Positions 19,111 through 32,340 are shown, numbered from the stretch's first letter. The stretch is DNA of 64,000 bases from the human T2T-CHM13v2.0 reference genome, Homo sapiens (GCF_009914755.1 NC_060946.1); one strand, 5' to 3'. The notes: a model not told the origin generated them from the sequence alone. Numbers and translations are program-made.

Positions 19111-20328
19111 CTTCACCGGAAAGATCCCTCTCCACCCCCCCAACCACCAAACACTCACCCGAAAGATCCCTCTCCACCCCCCTACCACCACTCACCCGAA
19201 AGATCCCTCTCCACCCCCCAACCACCACCACTCACCCGAAAGATCCCTCTCCACCCCCCAACCACCAAACACTCACCTGAGAGATCCCTCTCCACCCCCC
19301 CCAACCACCACTCACCCGAAAGATCCCTCCCCATCCCCCCCCACCACTCACCCGAAAGATCCCTCTCCACCCCCCAACCACTCACCTGAGAGATCCCTCT
19401 CCACCCCCGCCATCACCACTCACCCGAAAGATCCCTCTCCACCCCCACACCACCAAACACTCACCCGAAAGATCCCTCTCCACCCCCCCACCACCAAACA
19501 CTCACCCGAAAGATCCCTCTCCACCCCCCAACCACTCACCTGAGAGATCCCTCTCCACCCCCGCCATCACCACTCACCCGAAAGATCCCTCTCCACCCCC
19601 ACACCACCACTCACCCGAAAGATCCCTCTCCACCCCCCCACCACCAAACACTCACCCGAAAGATCCCTCTCCACCCCCCAACCACCAAACACTCACCCGA
19701 GAGATCCCTCTCCACCCCCGCCACCACCACTCACCCGAAAGATCCCTCTCCACCCCCCAACCACCAAACACTCACCTGAGAGATCCCTCTCCACCCCCCA
19801 ACCACCAAACACTCACCCGAGAGATCCCTCTCCACCCCCCAACCACCAAACACTCACCTGAGAGATCCCTCTCCACCCCCCAACCACCAAACACTCACCC
19901 GAGAGATCCCTCTCCACCCCCCAACCACCAAACACTCACCTGAGAGATCCCTCTCCACCCCCGCCACCACCACTCACCCGAAAGATCCCTCCCCATCCCC
20001 CCCACCACCAAACACTCACCCGAAAGATCCCTCTCCACCCCCCAACCACCACTCACTTGAGAGATCCCTCTCCACCCCCGCCATCACCACTCACCTGAAA
20101 GATTCCTCTCCACATCCCCACCACCACTCACCTGAAAGATCCCTCTCCACCCCCCCACCACTAAACACTCACCCGAAAGATCCCTCTCCATGCCCCCCCA
20201 CCACCAAACACTCACCTGAAAGATCCCTCTCCACCCCCCCACCACCAAACACTCACCTGAAAGATCCCTCTCCACCCCCCCCACCACCACTCACCCGAAA
20301 GATCCCTCTCCACTCCCCCATCACCAAA
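19111..20328. repeat. ~35-42-bp VNTR, ~31 copies (cactcaccYgaRagatccctctccaccccccaaccaccaaa)
   Basis: 30 actcac cores counted; invariant agatccctctccacccc core with variable C/A tail. Confidence 0.98.
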
Positions 20329-20769
20329 CGCGCGCCTAGGCAGCTCCTCCTGTCACTCCCAGGGGCCTGCGCCCAGGCATCCGTCTCTGAGCTGGTGCGA
20401 GGGATGAAAAGTCAGAGCCGTGGAGGGGAGCTCAGGTGGGAGAGGGACAGGAGCCACACACGAGGGACTACGCAGTGTCACAGCACAGGGGCAGGAATTG
20501 ACAGGTGGCACCAAGAACAAGGGTAGCAGTGGCTGATTCCACCAACGGGTCAGGAAGAGGCCACAGAAGGGCCCTAGAGCCAAGGGCCCCCCTCTCCGCC
20601 AACAACGGGTTGAGGAGGGTGATTCCAGGCCAAGTGTGGAGGGGACCTCGGGAAACCCCCTCCAACAAGTCTTACGGCTGGGGCTCAGGGGGTCAGCTGG
20701 GGCAGGTCACCAAGGGTCTTGGACTATATGCCTGGCAGACATCAAGAGGTTCTTAAAGGTGTGAACGTG

Positions 20770-21038
20770 GGCCAGGTGCAGTGGCTCATGCCTGTAATCT
20801 CAACACTTTGGGAGGCCAAGGCGGGTGGATCACCTGAGGTCAGGAGTTCAAGACCAGCCTGGCCAACATGGCAAAACCCTGTCTCTACGAAAAATACAAA
20901 AAAATGAGCCAGGCATGGTGGCAGGCACCTGTAATCTCAGCTACTCAGGAGGCTGAGGCAGGAGAATCACTCGAACCCAGGGGGCGGAGGGCGCAGTGAG
21001 CCGAGATTATGCCACTGCACTCCAGCCTGGGTGACAGT
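20770..21038 (+). mobile_element. AluS
   Basis: Alu consensus. Confidence 0.9.
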
Positions 21039-21506
21039 GACAGGAACAGCCACATGGGGACATATGGGACAATGCAGGTGGGGAGAGGAGACAGCCCAGG
21101 CACAGCCTGGACCTCAGCCACAGCTGGCTGAGGGGCAAGGGAGGGCTGACTCTTGGCCTGCGGCTGAGGAGTGCAGGGGAGAGCAGACACAGGGCGGGCA
21201 GCGAGTCACGTCTTGGTCAGGCTGAGCTGGAGGCACCCGAGACACATACAGGTGGGAGCAGATGTCCCAGGGCAGTTGGTGATAGGGTTCAGGCCACGTT
21301 ACCCCAAAATACGACACGCTGGCACTTGAGAAAATAGCAGAAGCAGGAAGGTCTCTCTCACCCTCCCTCTGCCCTTCTCCCTGAAGCAGGTCATGAGACC
21401 CTCATGTGAAAGGCACCCTCTCTATGTCCGGAGGAAAAGAGCATCCTCATCTCTGAAGACACAGCAATTAGTTGAGAGAAGAATCTCAACAAACAGGCCT
21501 TGCTAA

Positions 21507-21836
<330 letters not shown>

Positions 21837-21921
21837 CCAGATCACACTTCTTTATCCAGTCAGACTCCTCCACAATGACCCACTTCTTTATCAAACCTAG
21901 CATAGAAAATAAACAGGTTGA

Positions 21922-22205
21922 GGCTGGGCACGGTGCCTCAACATACCTGTAATCCCAGCACTTTGGGAGACTGAGGCAGATGGATCACCTGAGGCCAGGA
22001 GTTCAAGACCAGCCTGACCAACATGGTGAAACCCCATCTCTCTACTAAAAATACATAAAAATCAGCCAGGCATGGTGGTGGCCGCCTATAATCCCAGCTA
22101 CTCAGGAAGCCGAGGCAGGAGAATCGCTTGAACCCAGGAGGCAGAGGTTGCAGTGAGCCAAGATCTGAGACTCCGTCTCAGGAAAAAAAAAAAAAAAAAG
22201 AAAGA
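21922..22205 (+). mobile_element. AluS inside the ERV1 LTR (right-arm deletion)
   Basis: Alu consensus; TSD agaaaataMacaggttgag. Confidence 0.9.
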
Positions 22206-22674
22206 AAATACACAGGTTGAGCCCATTTCTTTGGATTTTCACTTCCTTATGAAGGCTCCTGTATCATGTAAAACTTACACTAAATTATACTTTTCTCTCT
22301 TCTGCCTTTTGTTATAGGAACCTCAGCCATGAACCTAAGATGGGAAGAAAGATAGTTTTCACCTCCTACATTGGCAGTGGGGCCTGAAGATCCGAGGGAT
22401 GTCTGGGCTTGTCCCAGCGATGTGTGTGAACAGGATACAGAGGCAGGGGTGGGAAGCCAGAGGCATGAACAATCAGCCTGTACCTGCCTGCCACCACCCC
22501 CTCCCCAGGGAGGGCCAAGCTCCCAAGAGTCAGATCAACCCTAATTCAGCACTGCATTTCCAGGGTTCAATATATATGACCTCCACAAATGACACAATGG
22601 TGACTACAAATACATAAAAATGTACACTCAGACAGGGGTAAAAACTGCAGAGAAGGTAAGAAATTAACAGGCAC

Positions 22675-22965
<291 letters not shown>

Positions 22966-25900
22966 ATTAACAGGCACAAGGGTCTTGAATGGCTGTTGTT
23001 GCTGGAAAGGTGCCTATGAAGCAAGGTTTCAGAAAGAACCAGAAGGGAGAAGCCTAGTCCAAGGCCACCTCACCCCAGGTCCACCTATCACTCTGAGGCC
23101 TGGTCCCCCTCTGTAAATGGGACAACACCCCTCCTGCCTTCTGCTCAGCACTGCTGTGAGGACACACGAGGGTGTGCAGGGCAGCACTTCTCTATTATAA
23201 TTACATGGATAATCCACACGCTTCATAACATGTGGATTTGTATTCTGCTTTTCTCCCTTTCTCTGCCATAAGTGTTGCTCCAAGTGTGAAAAGCATTTTT
23301 CAAGATTCAAAGCACATCCCAATACAAAGCCCTTTTACATTAAAGATAATGGACACGTGGAGTAAGGGAACTCTGCCTGTTGTTCACCTGCCTCGGTCTC
23401 CTCACTTGCACCACGGGGCAAGAGGCAGCACTGGTGAGATCAGGCAGCCAGCCCTCCTGATTCTTCACCCTGTTTGAGACAGTCGGGGTCCACTCTGAGT
23501 CTCCCCTGTCTGTGTCAGTGATAGGGCTAGGCTGGTTGAATTCTGGGACTCTCTCCATCCCAGCTCCCCCAGGACGGGCTGTGACCCAGAGGGCATTCTG
23601 CTGCCTCAGCCGAAACTGGGACACTGGGAGCAAACTGCCCCCCTACCTTGGGAGGGTAGAGCTCATCAGGCACAGGAAGCCTGGAGTCACATCTTCTCCC
23701 AGGAGAACGCCCATCCTGCAGAGTGGGCTGGGTGGGGACCGGCTCCAGGGGAGGCTGGCCCACCGCCTCTCCATGTGGTGGGGCTGAGCCAGGGCTCTGT
23801 ATGTGACCTCAGCCTCCGTTTCCCTGATGTGCAGAGTTCGGCTTTGACTCAGGGGCACAGGTATCTCTGGGGGTGAGGAAGGGACCCCGTGGAGTGTTAA
23901 TTTTCCCACCCACCCCCGCCAGGTGTCAATGTCGATGACATTAAGGTTCATGCTGTTGGGGCTCAGGTGGATCCAAGGACAGGTGGCTGGGAGCAGGCCA
24001 GATCAGGAAGGTGGAGGAAGGCATCACAGCCAGTCCCTCCTGCTTCTGAGCCTCAGTGGCCCCATCTATCACATGGGGGCAGGGGTGGTAAACAGACAGC
24101 CCAGTGGCCACCAACTCAGGCTGACACACCCAGACAGAGGGAATGAATGAATTACACCACAGACTCCAGGGCCCCCCAGGAGGACTTTCACTCAGATGCC
24201 CAGGTCGGGGGAAGGAATGGGCATTTTGTTTTAAAGTTCCCCAGGGTTCTGTGCTCTGGACACCGTGTGGTACAGAGTGGGCAGACTGAGGCAGGCGAGG
24301 TGTTCTAAGGAGTGGAGGCTGAGGTTCAAGTGGAACGAGTAAGCACAGGTGCTAGGCCGAGTTCCCCAGCACAGGCCACGCAGGGCATGCAGCCCCACTT
24401 CCAAGGAGTCGGTAGGCCTGGGTGGGAAAGCTCCCCTCAGCACAGCAGCCACAGCCATAAAGGCCCAGAGGCGGGCATCACCTGGAAAGTGGGAAATCAC
24501 ATCCAGTCAAAACACGCTTCTACGTCAGCTGCAGAACAGCCCGGGCGCCCACCCGGGTGGCAGGACCTTCACTAGGCTGACTCACCAGGGGACCTGGTGG
24601 CTGCTCTCAGGACGCTGGGAGGGTGGGCAGGACAGCCGGGTTTGGGTGATAGGCAGTGAGCTCTGCCCTCTTAGGAAGCTGAGTGCACCAGACCCAAGCT
24701 GCTGGAAATGACCGAGGGAAGGTCTACTCAACCCTCTGAGCCTCTGCTTCATCCCTGTAAGACACGGGCTAACTCCTACCTGACAGGGGTTATGATATTA
24801 GATGACGTATTGTTTACAAGTCCCGCTTGGCCCTGCCTAGCCCAGCACCGCATGCAGGAGGGATCAGAGGTCCAGAGGGACAAGGGCCTCCAGAAGACAG
24901 AAGAGCGGGGCTGGGGCTGCACAGGAGCTGCAGCTATGCACCAGGGCTTCCCCAATCCCACAGAACCCTTAGCGGGAGAGCCTGGACTGGGGCTTGCAGA
25001 GCTCCTGTCTACAGCAGTGACAGGGAGAGGCTGGTTGAATTCTGAGACCCGGGGGCCTTGGCAGAGGCCGGGCACATGTACTGACCCTGAGGGGCAAACG
25101 TCTCTGTTGTCTCTGAGGCCCGGCAAGCTGGGGTGGCCTGCAGTGAGGGGTGACCAGGAGTGGAAGGTCAGTGTGCGTGTGGGTGCCGTTGGGGAGCTGG
25201 CCTGGCCTGTGCTCAGGGCTCAGCTCCCAGGCCTCATGGTCCTCCGATGGGGAAGAGGGGGCCTCTGCTTCCTGCTCGGGGAAGACAAGCCTGAAACGCC
25301 AGGGGAGAGCTCTCAGGTAAGAAGACAAGGTTGGAGGATCACAGACTGGCAAGGCATGGGCCCAAAGTCTAGTCTGAGGCTGGATCCTTTCTCAGCTCCC
25401 TGCATGCCCTCGGCGGGGACGCCCATCACTACCTTCTGTGGCTCACCTTCCTTCCTAGTCCACACAAGCTAACTAAAAGGGTTCTCCTTCAGCCCCGTGA
25501 ACACCCGTCTACCACCTACGGTCCTACCCCTGCCCTTGGGGGTCACACAGCAGCCTCCAAGAAATGGCCTCCCAGGTGGCCAGCTTAAAGACATAATCCA
25601 AATACAGACACCTTTGCACGTATAAAAAGCTTTGCTGCAAGTTATTTCTAACAGTGAAAACTGGATCCCAGCTATGTTTCCAACCACATGAGACCAATTA
25701 AGTAAATCACGGCATTGCCCACCCAACTCTCGAGCAGGTATTTAATGTTTGGAGTCTGAGCAACATGGGAAATGTGTTAGGAACTTTAAATGAAAAAGCG
25801 TGATTAAGAAACCTGCATAGAGAAGATCAAGTACTCTTTAAAAAACCTCTGGAAAGATCAGAGGGCAGGACTTTGCAAAGTTAATGGTGTGTCTCTGGGT

Positions 25901-28891
25901 AATTGGAACTAGGCATAATTGTTTCCTATTTTCTAGTTTCCGTAACGTGCACGTGACTTTTTTTTTTAATTAGAAAAAAATGTGTTTGGGAAATCTGAGG
26001 ATGTTAACAAGTCTCCTGCTTGGGGCTTCTTTACAGCAGCCTAGTGGTGTGGCTGACACAAGCCTCCCCAGCTCGATGAAGGAGGCAAGGAGACCCAGGA
26101 CAGTGAGGGGACGGCTCATGCCATGGAAGTTCCTCTGCAGAAGGCTGGAAGCTGGAGGCGGAAATGACTCCCCAAGGCCCCTGAGCAGGGCAGCACAGCA
26201 TTCTTACCCAGGCCAGTGGTGCCTATGCGGCCGCTGCAAAGACGTCCATGCAGCTGTGGTCCTCGGCCTCTTTAAACTGTAGGGTCCAGCGTCCTCAGGT
26301 TCCGTCCGGAAGGACACAGAGTCTCAGCCTCAGGAGAGGGCCTCCTGGGCTGCTCCAGTCCCAGGAACGGGTAGAGGCCGGAACCCACAACCCTTAAAAT
26401 AGGCCCAGGAACCGAAAGAGGCTCTGCTGCCATGCCACACGGCCACACTTCCTCCCCGCTGCGCTGGCCCCCAACCAGCTCTGACTGCTGTGGGGTTGGA
26501 GGGCCCCAAGGAGCGCCCCAAGGAGCGCAGGGAGAGCTTCCGCATTGACTCAAAGCAGCCCGAGCGTCGGGGCATAAATACAACCCTGATTCCACGTGCA
26601 GGCACTGTGCCAGGTGCTTTGTATCCTGGATAATAACAGCAGCCTGGACTGCACCCGACTCCACACCAGGGGTTTGTGCTGAGCCTGTACCTGCCACGTC
26701 TCATTTACTCCCTGTCACTTCTCTCATACAATCCCTAAGTCCCTAGAGAATTTGTGGTCTCCAGTCTACAGATGAGGACACTGAGGCCCGAGGGCTGGAG
26801 TGCTTAGCCAGGGCTCACAGTCTTCCTTTCCAGCGGCACCTCCCACTAAAGGCCCCCCGGCCCCCATCACTTATGCCCAGCTACACCTGGCCTAGCAAAG
26901 TGATGGCGGGTTGGGGGAGGTGAAGGGTGCACAGCGCTCTTCCCCATTCGCAGGCCTAGCACACACAGGTGTTCAGCACAGAGGCAAGGCCGTCTCCCTC
27001 ACTCCTCTGGCCCATTCCACGAACCCTTCCGGGTTGGCTATTTGCACATGATGGGCCTCAGCTGGAATGGCAGCCCTGCCACCTGCCAGCTACGTGGCTG
27101 TGGGTACATCCCTCCCCACGCTGAAGCTCAGCTTCCTCACCTGCAGAATGAGGTCAAGACAGAACCCACCTCTCCGGGAGCAGGACTGAAGGAAACGCAG
27201 CAGGTGTTAGGCACCGGCTCGCGGCAGGCACGCAGCATCCTCTGCACTGATGGCCCCTCCCGTGCAGCCGCCCCACAAATCACACCTGCAGGGCTTCCCG
27301 AGGCCAGGGCTGGGAAATACCAAGTTCTGAGCCAGGGATTACTCCAGCCTCGACTTATACAGCCCTGCTTAGAGCAAAGTGAGCTTCTGCTCCTCCATCC
27401 ACACAAGCCCATCCAGCCTCAGCCCTGCTTGAAGACTACGCTGTCCACAAACCCCTCCCGTGGGCCACGCTGGTGGCTCCATTCTCTGTGGCCTCTGGCT
27501 AAGTGTTCACAGCTCCACTGGGGTCCTGCCTCCATCCACTGTGGCCAGGCTGCCACACAACCTGGAACACCAGACCCTCAGCACCCTGAGGACGGGTCTA
27601 GGTGGGCCTCACCTCTGTGCAGGGTTAAGCAATTAAGAGCTTGGGCTCAGCAAGATTCGGCCACTTCCTAGCCTTGCAGCTGGGGGCACCTTACTTCCCC
27701 CCAACCTGTGTTCCCTCATCAGGACAAAGAGAAGAACAGAACAATGTCTAGCCCACAGGATTACTCCAAAGACAAAAGGAAAGAATGAACATAAAATGCC
27801 CCTTCTCTGCACCACTCCGGACACAGGGAGAATCCCTTAGCCCCAAATGCCAGGCACAAATTGCTCCAAGAATGCTCAGCTGAGGCAGGGCACAGAGACA
27901 AGCAGCCGGATGTGGGTCCCACCTGCTCACGGCACCTCTCAGGACTCACACCAGGTCTTGGGCCCAGGTCGCGTCCACGTTACCTGACCAACTGTCGGGT
28001 GGGCTGCCCCTGTTGAAAGGGAGCCTGTGTGCTTGGGCTGAGGCCCAGGGCCCAGGAGAAGGCCCAAGCCCCGGGAAGAAGTGGCAGGGTTTGTCCCCCT
28101 TCAGTCCAAATGTCTGCATCGCACACCTGGGTCCTGAATCACCTGGTTCATCTGTGACCTGGAGTCATGAGCAGTGTCCTGTGGATGCAACACCAAAATC
28201 TTGCTCCGGGCAGCCGCAGCCCCACTGCTTCCAGCAGGGTTTGTACTTCAGCTAACAGTGACCTGTGCTCCTGGCTGTCTCCCCCATGGACTGTGCCCTC
28301 CCACAAGGCAGGGATCAGGGCCCAACACTCCCGCCCCCTCTCAGTACAGAGCAAGTGCTCAACTCCCCTTCTACTGCAGAGGCTGCCACAGACAAGCCTC
28401 AAAAGCCAGATGTGAAATCTACAAGGTGCCTTTCATCACGAGAGCTGAGCGATGACCCCTGAGTGAGGAGGGCCAGGAGCTTAGTCCCATCTCAGAGACA
28501 GACACTGACTCAGAGAATGACAACCACTCAACCAAAGCCCAGCGCCTCCACCTGAGGCTCCCTTGACACCTTCAAAACAACGTCAGAGGACACAGCAGGT
28601 TTCTGAGTAACCCAAGCTTTTGCTAAACAACAACAAAAATCTGGGAGATTTAAATTCATTCATAAATCTAACAGGCTGTCACAGAGGTGAAGTGGAGATG
28701 ATCAAACACAACCCTGCCCCCACAGCTTGAGAGTGTTGATGATTCAGTGGACGCAGAAGTGCTCCGGGGCTGGTGTTCTGGCTCCTCTCAGGACTCACAC
28801 CTGAGAGGTGAGAGGTGCGCTCCACTCTGGGCATCAAGTTCCTAGTAAGCTCACCCCTCGCTGAACATCAAATCTCTCATCTGAAAAATGA

Positions 28892-29196
<305 letters not shown>

Positions 29197-29846
29197 AAAA
29201 ATGAGGCCTTCTAAGAAGCTAAGATTCCCATCTCCGTGGCCCTCCACGCCCTTCATCTGCCAGTCCAGATAATAATTTTCTCACTTGTTCACTAAATGTT
29301 TACTGGGCACCTGCTCCGTATGTGCCCCATGCTGGGCACCAAGATGAATCAGACTGGGTAATGCCTTTGAAGGCCTCACCTGCTAACTGGGGAGACAGCA
29401 CACAGACCATGACAAGGCCACAATCATCCTGATTGTCCCAACAAACATGTGCCTGGCACAAAGAGAACACAGGCAGAACAGGACTGTGTGCCTGGGAGCT
29501 GGAAAGAGTTCCCGGAGAGGCAACACTGGAGCTGAGACTTAAAGGAAAACTTAGAGATGCTTGTGGGGCACATGAGTAGGGGCGGCTTTCCGGGCAGAGA
29601 AAACAGCAGGTTTTCTCTGCTTCAGAGCCCTGCAGGGACTGAGTTCAGCAGCAGGGGAAGAGGGGAGACCTGGCACGTGCGGGAGGCCTGGAGAAGAGAC
29701 AAGGAAACAGCGTGAGTATCGTAGGCACATAAAGACCTGGCTGGGGATATTCAGGGAGTGGAGGGCAGGCTCTGAGGTCAGGCTGGCAGAGGGTCAGTCC
29801 CGGCTATGCTGCTATGCTGCTTCCTCATTGGTTGTCCCTGGGCAGG

Positions 29847-29872
<26 letters not shown>
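29847..29872. repeat. (CT)13 microsatellite
   Basis: Direct read. Confidence 0.95.
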
Positions 29873-29877
<5 letters not shown>

Positions 29878-31149
29878 TCAGGCTCTTCATCGCTGATATG
29901 GAGATAATACTGCTCCCTGGCAAAGTCAGCATTGTGTCAGGATTAAATTTGCAGCATGAGTAAAGCACCCGGCACATAGTAAGTGCTCAGTAAATGCTAG
30001 GTGCCATTTTCACTGTTCACTGTTCTTCTGGGAATGGCCCTGCAGCCTCCTTGCGGGAGGGGCTGCCTAGAAGAGGAGAGAAGGTGCTCACAGGTAAAGG
30101 TGGTCAGAGGACAATAGGTGTGTGTGGACAGGGGAGTGGGGAGGGACTGCTTGAAGCTGCTGAGCAAACAGGGCCAAGTGACCTGCAGCAGATGGTCCTT
30201 CAGATGCATCCCAGCTCAGATATTCGGTGCCAGCTGACAGGTGGGCCTGCCACGGTGGCACACAGTAGGTGCTCAATGAATGTTTGCAGAATGAATGAAT
30301 AAGCATGCTCCAACTTCTGCTCAAAAGTAAATCTTGACACCTTTTCAGAAAGAAACCATTGAAACCTTGTCAACCATTGAAGTTCTTGTCCATTTCACTT
30401 CATAAGCACCCCCCACCCCACCCCTGCATGAGGAAAGGCTCGCCTGGGCAGGCTAGGCTGGGGCCTGCTCACTGGGAAGCCTCCCATGCTAAGCCTGCCT
30501 CCTACAAAAGGGATTCAAATTTACTTCCTCTCCCCACTCCAGCCTCCAGGGTGTGGCCTGCTGAGGGGCCCTGAATGCCTGGGACTGCCATGTCCCTGCA
30601 GCTGTGTGACCTTAGGGGGATGCACTTGTTCTCTGGGACTCAGTTTCCCCAACGGTGAATGAAGGGGTGAATCTGGAAGGCTGACATTCCGTACTCAGCA
30701 ATGCTGTCACCCCCTCAGAAATCCCCAGCCTAGCCTGGGGGTGGGGTGGGGGGTGGCTGACAATGTGGTATGAAGTCATTCCCTGCACGGAGGAGGGAGG
30801 GGTCTTTTCCATGGAGAAAATGACGAACCTGAGACGACAAAAGAGGGGGCTTCTCCTGGGCTTCAGTCTGGGCATGATCCATCAGTAATGGATTACCTCA
30901 CTGGCTGGGAGACCCCACCCACACCTGCAGTCCCAGGCCCTTCCAAACAATACGAGGCACCCCCATCCCACGCCCCCCAGCAGATCCATGACTTAAAGCC
31001 CAGAATCACACCGAGAGGCAGCAGGCCCTGCCCCTCAGCCAAGCGGGCGGGTTCGGGGGGCCATTGCCCAACAGGTCCCTGGATACAGCTAAGGGATGAG
31101 AGGGGCCGGTGGGTGCGGAAAGACAAAGGCTTCGGGTAGCAGGAGACAG

Positions 31150-32340
31150 TGGCCAGGGCACGCTCGCAGCGAGGTCCACCCAGAGCCCAACGAGGGCCCG
31201 ACCCTGCCGCGCTGGGCTAAGGGTGTACCCAGATCCCACGCCCACACTCCCTACCGCGGTGCTGAGGGCCCGGGGCGGGCTTCCTGGAGAAGGAAGAAGA
31301 CCCGCAGAGACACGAAGAAGAAGGAGGAAGATGAGACAGACACCCGGACGGACTGACAGGGGGAGACGCCGAATGAGACCCGGGCACAGGGGTGCGGGGC
31401 GCTCGTCGGACGGAAAGCAGAGACAGACCCAGATGCAGGGACGGTGGGGGGGGGGCCATGGAGGAAGACAGGGTACCCAGGCAGACCCAGAGACCACGAC
31501 ACCCGCGCAGAGACAGAGATGCGCGGGGCGCACAGAAACACGGACGCGCAGAGGCGGCCCCGGAGACGCTCACCTCTCCCGGCCCGGCCTCGCCCCCGGG
31601 TCCCACTCACCGAGGCCGCAGACCTCGCGGCGCAGGCTAAGACGGCCGCGCTCCTCCGCTATGGCACGCAGCATGTGCTGCAGCGAGCGCTCCTCGGCCT
31701 CGGCGCCGCCCGCAGGCTCGGGGGCGGCGGCGGCGGGGAGGGCGGGCGGCCCGGCCCGGAGCCCCGCCGGCGCGGACGCCGAGGCGCAGGCCCGGCCCGG
31801 CGGCCGCGCGGAGGCCATGCCGGGCCGCGGCTCATCGCCTGCGCCGCGCCCGCAGGGGCCCCCGGCGCGCCCCGCCGCCCCCGCCCCGACGCAGCCCGCC
31901 GCGAGCACCAAGGAAGCCACAGTCCGCCTCTGTGCGCGTCGCCGTCGCCGCCGCCGCCGCCACCACCCGCCAAACACAGCACCGGCGAGCGCACCTCCGC
32001 GCCGCCGCCGCCCGCGCGCCCCCGGCTCCGCTCGCCCCGCCCCGGCCCGGCCCGGCCCCGGTCCGGCCCCGCCCCTTCCCCGCCCCGGCCCCGCCCCTGT
32101 CCCCTCCCGCCCCGCCTCTGAACGGCCCGGACCCACCCCGGCTCCCTGGCCCCGCCCCCTGACCTCCCTTGCCCCGCCCACTTCCAAACGGCCAGTCTCC
32201 GCCAATCTTCGGATGCCCAGGACTCCCTCCCTCAAACCGCTCGCGGGGTCCCGCCTCCACCCAAGGTCCTAAACGCCCCACCAACGGGATCACGCCTCTG
32301 AGCCCCTCCCGCCGCCCCTTCAGGGCACCTCTCCCCTCCC
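31150..32340 (-). promoter_or_regulatory. KIAA0930: CpG island / main promoter and 5' UTR of KIAA0930
   Basis: Very high GC and CpG density around exon 1a; multiple GC boxes (ccccgccc) at ~32030-32180; short GCC run at ~31940-31965. Confidence 0.9.
31611..31674 (-). CDS. KIAA0930: KIAA0930 coding exon 1a (MLRAIAEERGRLSLRREVCGL + 1 nt)
   Basis: ATG at 31674, 64 nt to a TCG|GTGAGT donor at 31610. Phase 1 joins exon 2 to give ...[14 protein letters not shown]. Peptide recognised as the KIAA0930 N-terminus; lies in a CpG island. Confidence 0.95.

Noticed and set aside
19111-20328. Regular repeat array superficially like a CRISPR array
   Set aside because: No unique spacers, primate intronic context, no cas genes; it is a minisatellite.
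24708-25472. 254-aa plus-strand intronic ORF
   Set aside because: Antisense to the gene, composition typical of random GC-rich sequence, no domain or splice evidence.
31109-32272. 387-aa plus-strand ORF and other long ORFs over the KIAA0930 CpG island
   Set aside because: Arg/Pro/Ala/Gly-rich shadow ORFs expected from stop-poor GC-rich DNA antisense to exon 1a; no recognisable domain.
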